From: Oopsacas minuta
Taxonomy: Eukaryota > Animalia > Porifera
NCBI GenBank assembly: GCA_024704765.1
Contig: JAKMXF010000333.1
Location: forward strand, 237,266 to 301,265
DNA length: 64,000 nucleotides
Reading direction: 5' to 3'
The first letter of the stretch is position 1, and every line of letters begins with the position of its first letter. Positions 33,001 to 35,530 of this stretch are shown one piece after another. Below the pieces are notes generated by a model. The model worked only from the letters and a program-made list of their open reading frames with translations. It was not told the DNA's origin and did no database searches. Position numbers and translations under genes: made by a program.

Positions 33001-35530
33001 CGAAATCAAAGGAGATCTTACACTTGCTGTCTCTTCGTCTTCCACTTTACTCGATTTGATGGCGGGCGCTGTAATTGACACTTCTGGTAATCCTAATGTG
33101 GCAGTATTACAAAGTGCCACTGAATATTATGAAGATACATTGAGCCCAATCTTGGAATCCTATGCACTTGACATTAATATTGGTCGATTGCGTCTTAACT
33201 TTAATGAAATAGTTTCATCTGTATCTGCGAAACTACAGTTTATTACTTTGAGTGATCAACCTTTCAGTATGATTAATTATACCCTTACAGATGGAACCTT
33301 GGATACTACGATTAACGATACCATAATTGAAATCTATCTCTCTGAACACGATTTAAATGCCATTAAATCCCTGGAGTCCTTAGCTATTAGCGTTAATTCT
33401 ACCTTCTTAAGCTTGTTAAATAATTTTATACAAGATTCCAATATGAATGCTATCGATGAAGTAATTTTCAGAAGGGCTGATATATTTATTAACGATACAA
33501 ATTCTCCGTATATAAATACGTTTGATTTAGATATGAATAATGGACACCTAACACTTAAATTTAATGAAACTATTGATTCTGGCACTTTTAATGCTACTGG
33601 CCTAACCATCCAGGCAGCTTCCAATGCATCTCCTTCTCAAAGATATCGTCTTACATCTGGCTCACTACTTAATTTGTCGGATAACAATTCACTTATCTTG
33701 GTAATCACTCAACAAGACCTAAACAACATTAAAGCATCCGGTATTGCCAAGGACGTGCACACTACATGGATTACGGCAGATAGTTATACAGTTTTAGATC
33801 ACAATTTGCGAAGTTTGGTGCCACTCATTAATGGCCTAACCAGTAGACAGGTTTCTATTTTCATTCCGGACGATACCCCTCCAATTTTACTTTCATATAA
33901 TGTGGATCTCTCTTTTGGAACGATAAGTCTATTTTTTTCTGAAACAATTGATTTCACCACCATTAATATCACATTATTTACTCTGCAGAATAATTCAATG
34001 AGTATGGATCAGATGTACACGTTAACTTCTATTTCCGTTGTTTCAAATGAACATTCTCCAAATATTACCATTTCATTATCCAGTGCGGATCTAAATGAAA
34101 TTAAGCGCAAAACTGACCTTTATACTACCAAATCGAATTCTTTCCTTAGTATCAGGATGGGTGCATTACGCGATAGGAATAACAATGCATTACTTGAGAT
34201 TTCTGTCTTCAATGCATTACAAGTTTCACAACTATTTGTAGATGGTGTTCCACCTTACTTTGTACGATTTGACTTGGATCTCAATAGCGGCAGTATAACC
34301 ATACTCTTCTCCGAGACCGTTAACTCTAGTAGCATATTAATTGAACATATATCTTTACAATCTAGTAATTATACCGATGCTACTAATTATAGTCTTCAAT
34401 CAGGTCGAATATTGAGTTCTGACGGCCCTTCAATTTTGATTCAGATTTCAGAGATGGACTTAAATGCAATCAAATTATTAACTGATCTGGCAACTTCTAG
34501 TAACTGTTTAAACAATACCTTCATTTCTTTGACTTCAAATACTATTTCTGACAACTTTGGTAATAAGCTTATTCCAGTCACAAGTAGCCCAATACACTCA
34601 TGCACACTAGATACAACAAGTCCAACCTTAAGTTCATATCAACTCGATCTAAATTTGGGTAAGCTCGTCTTGAATTTTAGTGAATCTATGAATGTAAGTA
34701 CTATCCGTTTCGAAGCATTCAAGCTCCACAGCTCTCGCCTCATTTCTAATACCACTCAAACAATTTTATTGGGTGGGGATAGCACTACAAGCCCCAACGG
34801 AGTTCAAATTTCTATACTAATTTCTTCTCCTAACCTAAACGAAATAAAACGTCTTACAAGACTAGGTACAGGTACTTTCAGCACGTTCCTGGAAACATTT
34901 TCTTTACCTGCCATATATGACATGAGTGGAAACTCTTTAGTTCCAATCCTTTCTAATGGAACAATCATGGCATCCGAATTCATTCCAGATACCACTTCTC
35001 CTGAGCTTGTAGAATATTCTCTTGATATGAATGACCTTTTCCTTTCATTTACTTTCACGGAAACAGTCAATGCCTCTTCTCTTAATCCAATTTATTTATC
35101 CATTCAACATGCCCCCACCCTATTAGTCTCAAATTTGATTATCACCTTAACTGGGGGCAATGTTTATATACAAGATGGCACTATAGTCAGGGTTAATCTT
35201 ACTTTGGATGACTCTAATTGTATTAAGACATACCCATTATTGGCTACAAATGAGAACAACACTTATATTGTGTATACTTCCCTCTTCATTGAAGATATGA
35301 ATCAGAATTCGATTCGTGCTATTCCTAATGGGTTTGGGAAGCAAGCTAAACTTTATGTAGACGATGCTACCCCACCTGTACTACAATCTTTTGATTTGGA
35401 TTTAGATGAAGGGCAGATTTCATTCCGATTCAGTGAATCAGTGAATAGCAGTTCTCTGAATATCACAGCTCTTACCCTCCAAAACTCTCACTCTCCTCCT
35501 AACTCTAGTTATACCTTAACTGGCAACTAA
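2..35530 (+). CDS. Giant (>11,840 aa, 5'-partial) intronless repeat protein with ~95 tandem ~125-aa putative Ig-like/beta-sandwich domains; probably an extracellular glycoprotein
   Basis: The frame is open from base 2 (TCT TCA ACT GTA..., SSTVFQLTT...) through the called TTG at 56 to TAA at 35528-35530. The motif DxTxPxLxxFxLD(L/M)NxGxLxLxFSExV recurs about 95 times by manual count. N-x-S/T sequons are abundant. No signal peptide or TM segment lies within the window. The Ig-like call rests on resemblance to the DTTxP...LxFSExV signature of SbsA/Big_5-type domains and is an inference. Confidence 0.93.
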   Translation, partial: SSTVFQLTTSYALQNSKSLQILLSETDLLVLESIRNTGFAVNESKTLFEFSTLAFQDTSEHFVNGNFGNVIPPIPSDLIPPRLQSFSFDYDKGQFLFVFSEEVIPESLDLRQLTIQASANSTAISYRPSYSGSASSLTLNTILATLSQNDIDGFKGVSGLADSENTTFVSKFSGLIRDSATIASISISSSNALQVTSYEGDTTSPLLLSFSVNLNPGQPITLIFSETIDISSLILDQFVLQSDSSNPQYTEDFSGAEFVLQNAAIIKFFLPLSTLDRIKRIDEFATEVENTFLSIAEGAAADTIGKIIQSVILPATSVERDLSPPNVITFDLDMVSAELTLYFDETVDASTLDLTKFTLHAARISTSSNFTFDQAISITTGNTSVIHVILSGDLDGIKLKRLCSSNLTCFLTYVEGGVIDLGGQVMQSLNITMAPVVTNLIADIVGPKLILFNSIDLNTGIISLILDEPTVVSSIDLTAFSLKSLFTGERSVYSLQASTVLYVDGREISFELGISDLLTLKSDPFLCSYRGNCYASFTSEFIQDYYGNIATSVTLEMPGFLVHTYIQDSSRPILTSYSLDLSDNFLNLTFNEPISFSTFRLDGIVLHSAPNTIEYFIFSSSIPSQPIFSLISISISDKDFNLLKNTTIARSSDSTILSLSSFTIRDNALFPNDVQEIFPNSSFTPSLFIQDTTSPTVVEFIVNLNQNHIIITFSETLLITTINLGGFTLNNLQNSFSPASLNGSAIIAVELNDYFIITLLPPRSVIITLKTSPSIATNGSNTYLSIEAGSFSDNVPNLNDEFSLVIASDVVQDSERVELLEYSINMNIGILSLTFNDVILTESFQPDSFILQASLSRSEGPYYQLTSSSIASNPDGYELIVNLNSDLQGIKSQTGLITSINTTFLTMAADAIDDSFGVDIIAITDGSPLQANDVIPDLLPPVLLDFTIDLSINLINLTFSDTILLSSVNLTHILLQSQSNQTVLNLSENSFALTGGDIMLFSDGTIVSISLLDDDSDIIKFIGNLSYLSFSSNLLRDISLNRVVRVLSTSAQEASLIIADMVSPSILSFTLDLNTGRIIITFDEVMRLSSIDGSYLILQTHSNFSESTNYVTIGSGIVRYYTPSRLDLNIINLDFRSEILNIIKSDTNFGLSPGNTFLSLIDILGMQGFSGVGRDLGGVLTRSINPDFGIPVSNVIPDIIPPTLQSFVLDLNTGVINLTFSESVNPDTFVPNVLNFQSSKLFGENSSMYSLTSGNAVVTNHTTLTVQLGFFDLNQIKNISTLAIDKNSTFITFNSSLSSDYSGNQVVEIVNGFGLLASSFISDETEPELLRFSLDLNTGTLRLYFDEVLDIISINPQLIQLRNSTNVSSQISLVNSTFLQLLTNESVVLIIDIYLLNEVKASLIGLTPNSTFIYLDPGAVSDRMFNTIPDSIISTAVVIPDTTPPTLQSFSLNLNSAILTLVFDESISSKSVNVSRITLISSLNSSFPNRSYTLTSIDSVISNDEQVTRIQLSDFDLNEIKLRDMLATSSEDTYLAIEENSLTDLRNNFNLAVTISMAPKVSIFTPDTISPILTSFDLDMNLGILTLFFSETVNSSTLNITTLSLQSSVTSPIQIVSISGGMFSPEPGTSIQLSLLEDDVNLLKYNAKLATDSQNTFISTLEFAVQDMNRNPMTPISHSAALKVTNFTSDIEQPSLLFAYLDMNNSAITLGFSETILHTDIFPSIFTLMATNQLMVNTTSHRYSLTTGVTSQINNTVIRIQIEQTDLDIIKGLSIVNLTGGPPFFSFPTAFAFDAFNNSINSINTSSARQFDILIRDQTRPKLISFASLNLNSQEIELLFSETIDLNSIRFDDLRMSNFFGPSPGITLSFVNITNGSILSTGITNSLTISISTFDINNIKANPSICSLKSSCYIRLGEYFLTDSAGNILEPVLDSTTGFIVDNYFADTIPPNLASFSFDLDSGVVLFAFDETVQRTTFRTNQISFSSTSTGINYFQLPDIPIDSQFDTPTIQFTIPPTSLNQLKCQLIALTLNTTVIAHTELMVSDMVFPIPLLVVPRVFGSNALIADAYYRDTTSPVLLEFTEMNIDEASLTLRFSEPVALNYLDFTHISIHSGLVTGQSYTLHPGSATPVDCTSVKFYFSDIDLVAIKLNSQLAISRETSYTSVLSNATRDLSGNYLVGNSTRFLASSYVRPNTHPSLLSFNLDIDSGELVLTFDDVMDISSIAYSRLTLGLSLDIPTLSDGEKYTLTRGSTPSTDGYIVLINIHPEDLNSIKLRTSLSTSKNSSYLQITAEAIADVEFLHVREVILQVTNYTADTTSPQLSRFSLNLTTGLMSLLFNEVVNTQSFNVTLLFLQNSVSNITSDRTYRLTGSRNLPTENLIELDIFLNDYDLNQLKRFDNIGTSTANTFIFFSYRLVDDMNFNPITPILATMALSAYTHTDDLIDPELLSYSLDLNLGLIMLNFSETVNVSSFNPFALKIQCCSNTILVTQSYSFTEDTRARVFSSQTVGDHILLVDISVSDLNEIKRLTSIATSRESSYLSTTENLILDMADNKLVAIPFIEALQAVSFTSDTTQPILDSFSLDLNSALLNLTFSETVLSSSFQPNNLSIHDNSTSYYSFLSSYPITNNSFIQSILLSFEDMNNLKSLTTIATARDTTFLFHSAGFIEDMNSNAILELQANIIASSFIPDTTPVDLVCYTLDMNTGEIMITFSESVNSSSISASYISIQSTRNILESNISVQLISIQATANPTHILTVLINNEDLNLIKANTQLATDINNTYLAVGMMAIQDMNRNNLSPISNLDALITCGYTQDSTPPILIAFDLTMEGGHIPVIVHLQFSETVNASTLIIPYITLQANLSIDPLYAYTLTSGEFTRVDSDVLTFTISDSDLITIQDLVPILQSENTSYLSILEDAVQDMNSNFLLEVQNDSAILVTQYVIDLTTPDISSFELDLDLGALFITFTSPVILSSFDITSLTLHSSRLNTSIGLNLSFFEDSVAIRDTIIRSSISVDDLSFIKSTADFGGTVENTYLSSGYNLAVGPNGNPTTFILPENALQASFVYPDKTRPNLLKFDFEYDAMITRLYFDEPMSILSLNALGFTLQNTQSSPTATHTLTNITSNSRDGNVVSILLSLADQNTLKSIPILVVSNSSTFLAISPLAITDTSGNLVNEIPISDALAVGEFGADMSIPELLYFSYNANVDTLTLYFSETVNTQSLNISAITLSDRVFNGSLNVSYHSLIYTQISNLINDSVLDIPLNLLDFSIAKSLGICTTRSKCYLSIANNSIYDMVGLGLRGIRATSAISARIYLPDNAAPSLTNFLQFNASSYSLRLSFDEALLISSFNSSALSLTTIIPETLQRVNLFDSQSYLVNPFTIEIVLSESDRFALQSHLQICTYRGNCYLILEEGFIQDLNNNPSIGNSGIITEVFIDDTVQPNLLEFSIDLNSALLSLTFSETVSANSFSPNGLVLQNLRNGTLFYRLTTSTIDNVDGTNISVNISGQDLNAIKSKPFIKSIYDTFLGISSSAFTDTAFVPNYVKPITLGLNVSSYISDSTPPYIQSFSLDLQGRTLKLTFTESILVSSLNASLFSLHSNVIGGVSISVLASSILPVDPPDIGSKIVTIYLSPIFISALKLNSSIATSVDSTFLSSLALSVFDTAGNPIGPTPRIQVENIIFDSIFPVLSSFSIDMDKGMLNLTFSDVILINTFDITAVFVQNSRYSTSSNRFQLTQAQSFYTLDGYSVVIYLGFIDFVTIKAAVGVSDSINTTYLTLKAHAIDDHNNRDVQAITNGKALRASIFISDNSRPELLSYELDMDSGTLTLSFNDALQASSFDTTQLIFQNEMALSQSNSTLRVIGGDYIRTNEANTVVVTFSLSNLNDLKRNIYLATQESNTYLSFSNLTVNDIANNSVVEILAENARRVDTFVQDVTGPYLQSYDLDMNTGLITLQFDETILLSSFNPSGITILNNGNMSLSTQYLALTGGMLIGQNNDNFLLNIQSDDLNNIKSQLNLATSKSDSYIWFDQTAFTDMNRNGVQVQSLALQVFSFSPDVTNPAGIGFALNMSSRLLYIYLTEFANIDTINPSKLTLTSLSNEISSNHSLISGTFGLSNNTLLEIELSDIDYYSIQQYPGLATSPENVFLTLDSGFIYDAANNPSNVTLTPLVINNFFPDNVRPQLLNFTLDMDSNRLYLEFNDVVNISTFNLEGLTLISSLNSSFAQSVSLQSSSLFQTDTLNIVEILLSKQDTESITSRPPLATSLITTYLSLNSGSISDIARNSNFPTILLPVSMFTPDQTSPFVIEYSFDLSLENLTLSFSEVVPYYTLNVSTLSIASSTSDPPGYMHRLFNSTVLSAERISSVITVQLGQSDLNMIKSEFLLATNNGNTFLRYISDSFMDSSNNSATVSFPILSRFVPDSIAPRILSYNLDMNTGILMLTFSETVLSSTVNEMGFTLLNTSNNDFTSLNFQSFSNVTQSSYTVVILTISLNDILLVKNDRYLATALENTYLDLSYNAIQDTNFNFLQLQPSPLRVTSYIPDSTSPQLVSFVLDLDSYLITLNFDEPIDSRTINITDFVLINTTSVGYSSFKLTDGFYPISDSKDFNISIVKSDIDSLNLLTDLCTSPLNCLLYHSHLLAEDIAGNNAIPILQNTSISITSFVRDNTSPMLIQFEHFDFNTGLIILRYNEILKLTSINPLSLQFSDDNGITSNFVILTGYNSVQLFNGSVVEIIILDSDLNLFKTTSDLCQKRGSCFIRYNSTFLTDQAGNPVVPVLPDDLNIDIEERPENLLLDSSPPYLSQFSLDLEGFSITLSFNEAILESTFSSSAITLQSAFRSNLTYQLTGGEGTKVSDNVIVLALLESDVNELKILLQLAYSINTTWLIHSNTLISDLFSNFIESRVNNISALRVTNFIPDNVRPAATEFTELDLQQGQLRIKFSEPLLPGSFDFTRIALANNGDLRLNLTGGSVIRDPNDLDTVIITLTSQDLLNLKVDTNIGTSRANSFIQFEASVFRDTNGNNATVSTGILQVVTFTQDLIPPNFESFTLDMNLGTMLLRFDDVVDTTTLNADEITIHSFDFVSSTEQFYKLTRGSTISNNGFDVLINIDANDLDELKMRNQLAISINSTFITLTANAITDTGGFGIRAVNVPVQVESFIEDSTRPYLIAFAFDGNTGALTLYFSEAMYITSLNPTAITLLNHMNVTLASQVYTLTGGMAIPNVTAVQINLYLNLFDLHNMFELGDLATNAGDTYISFPQNLITDMNQNFIFGVNLSNSMNSSGHTTDIMPPHLLNFQLDLNYGILFLTYNEPVNITTTIPDRFTLQSQRTLTSGVSYSLTGGFSEIFDTNILPNTGVVDSDAIIQFHMSDYDLNEVKKLIKLATQPDNTYLILELGSILDTSGNPAQEVLNGSAFKTTSFIEDRISPQLLNFSIDLDLDLVSLTFSETVNVQTLNFSSLTFFGNATTLQPSYTLTNGNIITSNNDFVLSFNFIRDDINTIKLDRDLLTNSLNTLLLITAYTIRDMNNNTVIPFNISNILLVSTFRQDQTSPSLENYIFDLNQGLIRILFSETVDTESFELASIILSNMPNSIGRSLALSGGNFSENSPIVNIYLTFDDVNTLKRHLDLVSDENSTYLSFSSLLIMDMNTNPVEAIDISSAKQPLLFIPDTTKPELIEFSLDMTGSMRELPLRLLLTFSETINSTSFNPLSFSFIDNPTSPTQISSLTNGTIISVSDTELEIIIQNSDLDQIKMQPPLLLFANTSYLSIVEGGFYDNSGNPLKVIPLNDSLLITSYQADLSTPILSSFVLDMDTSTLTLTWSEVVVLDTIDITGITIQSMQNLILSNGHYYSLTNASSYYGLLDNILHVIISKFDEDIIKADVELANSISSTYISLTRGVIFDPANNPSQQIDSTNGLIASEYEIEQIRPTLIAWDILYTTKIVTLQFSETVNVTSFMPNEISFQNRRNNPSQVYQLTGGDTNSNFGTLIELILTDFDLNGIKALEDLLTSVNTSFIIVTDDVIYDMSANPIRPITTGSALQVRNFNRDIIRPFLVSSSLNLTSRYLILSFDETVNQSTLLLNDIVLSSFDGIEYFGYSIISSRWDNLFSPTLSIILSDSDFNNISLNRICLTDNCYISLLNGTVLDMSNLASRAVTNRRITNFYPDFASPSVVVFSQYDSSIGIISITFDETIDISSVRLDQLTLVSLFKDAEEYYTLTNASYVNTTNSLLVDIFLSRQDFLEIQTRNLLCYSQASCYILFSSSFVKDIHGNEVLPQIDGQWPGLIAKSFISDSIRPRLIFYSLNMNTGVFYFQFNEPIEVSRAQPQFISVHPSNTSSVSYLLTGGYLNQLNSDFIVLNLTIDDILYLKSTNFVKSKNDTYISFTSNAFTDASKGLNPVIPVSVPLPPFEYISDTKSPTVKSFSLDLNSDRLIVTFDEPILISSLNLSFFTFYLSMNNQSMSLDRSIIISYILPGSITATIQLSQNELIFLKTSETISLYPGSYLTISPFSFTDTSNNKFQGLTSRLNIFDLILDTTASILVTFSIDMDFGLISLTFDDVIDPSTFDPNALVLQDDLRSSNRVGLSSSSSTISDDGYIIDVLISNLDLILLKETNNLVTNVNTSFITYAAFLLDDTYGVDVIAITNGKSIKASNFTPDTTRPVFIGFELDLNSGRIVLNFSEPVNASTLISTNIILLPFESSTNRNLSITGGYSIRSIDGRSLSLYIPQNDLDYIKLDLSFGTDPNNTYIIFPDSTVLDLVGNAVIGTSNTRGYIADRVTEDRVLPELISFSLDMNFGLLNLTFNEVVSGPTANPNTITLHSQSNGSDSNSHKLFESRASTYNSTILSVSISDNDLNSIKLVRELAHGRSTTFMSFSEDIVCDMNGNKARPIVSFTSMIVSQFTSDNTLPRLIAFSFDRNIGNLSLTFSEVVDIDTFDVTSLTAVDNTTLYSLRQHTFVSAFISLVSYYPVYNLLLSNEDQNSIKRLNNFWSNENTTYLIAESSTVSDVFSNQLVSIQDGGALAAYLVRPDNTPPEMENFELDMDKGILTLSFNEVISALSLIASRITLQDGIPTRFHNYTLTNSRIESSINNEIVNIRISRTDLDGIKVLSNLANSRFTTYISLQTGLVGDTSSNQFTGLLIPIVTSNFTADTTRPSLNSFNLSLTSESLSLSFSEAINRNSLDVKQLTIQSSASSDAISFALSLFSFSESNNDSVIVINIGIGDLNIIKDEIYLAIDNLTTYLSITELLVTDMAENRVNVIVETSALQVSYFEEDTISPQLTSFSLNINSNVMKLYFSETMHPYNFNVTGIILQNSDQVPEQEVMLGNTSNFYRIIPTGFNILLSEEDMNLIKFNRELATTLNNTYLSISQFTTSDRNLNPVVILPQSNALRAVNLTTDTIPPILRGFHVDMNQSLISFTFSETMNVSSINLNATTLSQSLATSSLQLTGGISLTDDSPIIVINFLKSDLDELTRINICIDISECYLSFTESFISDMAGNMIVPITIENQLATDSFIKDEIHAQLDEFVSLDFNTGLIVLLFSETINSTTVNVTALSLNDLATSPTNRIYLTGGAVLSNDSTTLRIQLSNEDQNRLKALYPSRLCSVSQNCFIRLQTNFVMDMFGNPLISVEDTPFIDSKHIPFMLISDQTSPDLVTFDLDLDNHIVILYFTEPIDYNTFSAVSITFTNALNSSATHLLIGNNIRLTNSYELIIQFSLDILNVESLQANEALATNNLTTYIAFTSSLVQDVYGNLIRPRVDRINSTRVSKYTRDRSRPTLLTFIQFDLNTASLTLSFSEPINVYSINFTALTLTNGSSGGSSLTLVGGIGHYFDEARQSITFTLTPEDLRNIKLNDNLATNAMNTFIIITEMFITDMAGNRILELSSPIMTEEYLTDITSPNLISFDFDLNFGLLILTFDDVLRLGTLDAQYLELQNMRSNPSQSQLLSTSSMSSSPNGYIVNITLSFRDINSVKMLDNLATSKLNTYLAMRSETISDSAGVPVTGIVINDAQLVANYTSDLTRPQLGNFSLDINSGVLILSFTEPINVRSFDFTKITLQDDANIVDSEEFIMLNGGYPIPIDTGVIITIELTFSDLNSLKEMTLLSTRLNNTFISFTADTVEDMANLKIIPISNSSAQPAYSFNTDIIPPMLVNYCLSLNSGVLLMTFSETVNANSLDMSKIIFQNQLLPTSIYRLTGGDVSTDNSTYITINLSTPDLNQIKVRSDLAISTSTTLLGFDQGMIYDMNDNPISSIGEGDAFRVNATCYEEDTTAPILICIDIDISINVLTLYFDETVNVSSLEITELSIGNHELVSTETYRLKGGSIRNDDNTTVIIDLDFPDFTSIQQLTNLATNKGNTFVFFSEQLIRDMNYNLISPVYSTSAFPICQLFNDTSNPYLLNATFDFNEGILTLSFSESVNVSSIQVTQLYLHSSQSMQPEYNVLSASVPLLNGPVVNITLSNEDLNNFKQLPVLFVPDYFFLNITPQLLSDMAGNQVQSFAYPRICNIIVPDTTAPQLISFRLDMIDTLPPLLLVLTFTETINVNSIDVTQFSLRVNNVTSGLLNTYNITNATISSLNSTDITLSISNFDLENIRDQPPLGHTVLDSFLSASSSSASDMSNNEVTSIDNPPLAPYLNLADNIEPQLLSFLLDLDNALIVLTFSEPVLSSTFNPTYITFRSGPTLERTTQYFTISPTHFTLIGTNIIQVILPVSDQNDIKRNHLLANSVNSTFISLQSAVVKDIAGNDALPISPNNTLIVEEFIPDRTRPLLTAFNFNFQTCLITLFFNEVINSSATVPTFISFVNVRSIVPSEVYQLTGGSYPNIFATSFDILITHSDKNNIKKLENLATNEDDFYLTYTDDLAYDMNSNRLIPRSSRNALKVTNFTFDLIKPVLLYFTLDMDLGTLGLSFNETVNVNSLEVDMITLLDSKFDAAIQSHTLSDSSVQTIDSDFVNIYLSDFDLNEIKRKQFCRQYNDCYLTFSEDTVRDQFSLSIEGIRELNNSIQVFFYTSDTSRPMLYEFTSFDLMDGQLTLSFFETVNVSSVNFQAITLQDFSEPPIQVSYTLTGGFTNGSSDTKFTIYLNDQDIIAIKSLAELCTLRSNCYVTLTDKLVNDMVGLPLLPVVNSTNGFVARYFGHDLTKPFVKSFSFDMDTGKLFISFNEPIDRPTVNITAIRLQGISNISNSIELYHEISAEYVQSNSDFTLISITLTDANLRTLKSRSFAKSFNTTYLSIDSNSFTDTAYAPNQVIPISPFRGLSLSKANYTSDTTPPYLVCYTLDMDSDQIILTFNEPINISSLNCTSITLFNASHANSTSLTLRSCTILPGTYIYEIQVSLQLNEKDIVILKSDLNFLTKQSNSYLLLEANAIFDAQSNPSMSTTFQQSCFFQPDNTRASLLSFSIDLNVGILYLTFSDVILASSFDPTSLTLQSSKTSTPEFTFTLSEASTSESSNGYIIQIDISHFDLLNLKSTPILAKSPSTTYLTFKATLLDDTMYVDVVPITDGSALLVSEYIPDEIPPTLLLFDLDLNTAILSLSFSDTLNTKSFNPTGITLISQSNIQFHDSTYLRLTGGSFVRTNNGTVIYLELTDIDLNTLKLNIYLVVNRATSYLSIDFDSITDLHNNSLIAVLNISALQVSNFLADITNPELVSYILDMNKGEILLTFNEVVNASSLNPSELTFQNPQTEIFTLSGGFLSTNDSTVLMVRLIIADVYSLNRLRSLTTSLNNTFLSLTNLTVIDMNFNNINPIYQSNPLQASNFTADFKSPSLLSYTFDLNVGVMMLYFSEVVASELFDPSLLLLLNTPIIFVSNTSNQTADSNITQQSPSHRNFSITSGNVTLRDDLLIEFELSLSDLNAIKAIPDLATNTEDTYLAFNSSLVSDTFYNEILPINITNPIQVFNYTSDVTRPILNAFDFDLDAGSVIIHFSETVNSSTLIIHEVVLHGGRMLDSLNFSLNSSSVVQVYSPDVTIHLSQDDIDKIKSINLLAEDENTTYIFIGEGAIFDMNLNSYGLVNYAIQVDKFSADLTAPELFSFNLDMNLGYLTLTFSEAVDTSSFDKTKIFIGSDELLSSNFSLDSPTLQCQQIRITSLRARIIQIELCLHVYYDLKFELKLATSVNDTYIYLRPEALRDFSNNGINQIIQRVANFVPDTDDPTLLSFTLDMNIGRLSLYFSEPINSTSLEITTISLQAQSTIGEFISLTSQSYFLMQCDIPDSTKYSCIVIQLSYKDLNAIKNNENLATQFSNTFIVITNQTIKDTSNNPVVSVSANGALSLNSSNYINDQTSPTVVSFSLDMDYGAITITFDEDVQRSSLTITELNLQPSMFSGSGSMGIALTSADEINWNCCEEIFATIKLTQSDLNALKLDDTLASRRNNTYLRFTNNLIQDHAGNFVRPPIIIQEGLLVSNFTPDTTSPVLIGFYFNMNPPESIELLFSEAVRATTFNVKSLTLLGTPATTNPLLQYTLSDEIPQIRPNSVSISIILNFTDTLQIQSRPFLASNFSNIYLASLPSLVSDMNANPLSEISKNTPINLTMPDYTEDSTHPYLSSYTLDLNTANLILTYSETVRLLTFQIDQLILQVSRGSLSSIPAYQLTGGLVSTTNGRDWYIVNLSISPEDLISIQKNARDNLVTNSLTTFLSIDSRHVRDMVGLEIVEINDDEAVVVDRYIPDSTKPILLSFDLNISAPIGTILLNFNEVVDLSTFRVEYVELYNRRHILSSTQKFILSTANIISSENDNSIFFSLDPYDLNTIKSLTNLANTANNTFIYLPNSAVNDMYGNPVDDRNGSTIPVRNILLDSTRPILDGFDFDLNTGSIVLTFSETVNSSSFDVTQIRLQSNISLPYEIFTLTRLSSASISDSPIITVNIHADDLNAIKSLRNLANAQINTFLAHTAFLVSDMQGLFVIPESGKLVNTYVFDNTPPQLMSFNFNLTSEILSLTFDEAIAYAHVMISKFQIKSQIVGGSMVTLTDGDISPVDSTIINISLFSFDLNEIKGDLTLAVSSSSTLLDLMAGAVIDTSGNPNVAVLQSATEYYEDTLSPILESYALDINIGRLRLNFNEIVSSVSAKLQFITLSDQPFSMINYTLTDGTLDTTINDTIIEIYLSEHDLNAIKSLESLAISVNSTFLSLLNNFIQDSNMNAIDEVIFRRADIFINDTNSPYINTFDLDMNNGHLTLKFNETIDSGTFNATGLTIQAASNASPSQRYRLTSGSLLNLSDNNSLILVITQQDLNNIKASGIAKDVHTTWITADSYTVLDHNLRSLVPLINGLTSRQVSIFIPDDTPPILLSYNVDLSFGTISLFFSETIDFTTINITLFTLQNNSMSMDQMYTLTSISVVSNEHSPNITISLSSADLNEIKRKTDLYTTKSNSFLSIRMGALRDRNNNALLEISVFNALQVSQLFVDGVPPYFVRFDLDLNSGSITILFSETVNSSSILIEHISLQSSNYTDATNYSLQSGRILSSDGPSILIQISEMDLNAIKLLTDLATSSNCLNNTFISLTSNTISDNFGNKLIPVTSSPIHSCTLDTTSPTLSSYQLDLNLGKLVLNFSESMNVSTIRFEAFKLHSSRLISNTTQTILLGGDSTTSPNGVQISILISSPNLNEIKRLTRLGTGTFSTFLETFSLPAIYDMSGNSLVPILSNGTIMASEFIPDTTSPELVEYSLDMNDLFLSFTFTETVNASSLNPIYLSIQHAPTLLVSNLIITLTGGNVYIQDGTIVRVNLTLDDSNCIKTYPLLATNENNTYIVYTSLFIEDMNQNSIRAIPNGFGKQAKLYVDDATPPVLQSFDLDLDEGQISFRFSESVNSSSLNITALTLQNSHSPPNSSYTLTGN
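224..35527 (+). repeat. Protein-level tandem array of ~95 domains with a 23-domain (11+12) super-repeat
   Basis: Diagnostic variants recur every ~8.6 kb, e.g. AIDDSFGVD/AIDDHNNRD/LLDDTYGVD/LLDDTMYVD at 2732, 11348, 19907 and 28493. Units are not near-identical at DNA level. Confidence 0.88.

Noticed and set aside
388-35070. Dozens of 60-140-aa antisense or alternative-frame ORFs inside the giant ORF
   Set aside because: Shadow ORFs of the long coding frame with no recognisable motifs; expected from codon bias.
2-35530. Giant ORF as bacterial contaminant DNA
   Set aside because: It is contiguous with intron-containing eukaryotic transposons and rich in position-conserved N-glycosylation sequons. 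A chimeric join cannot be fully excluded without reads.
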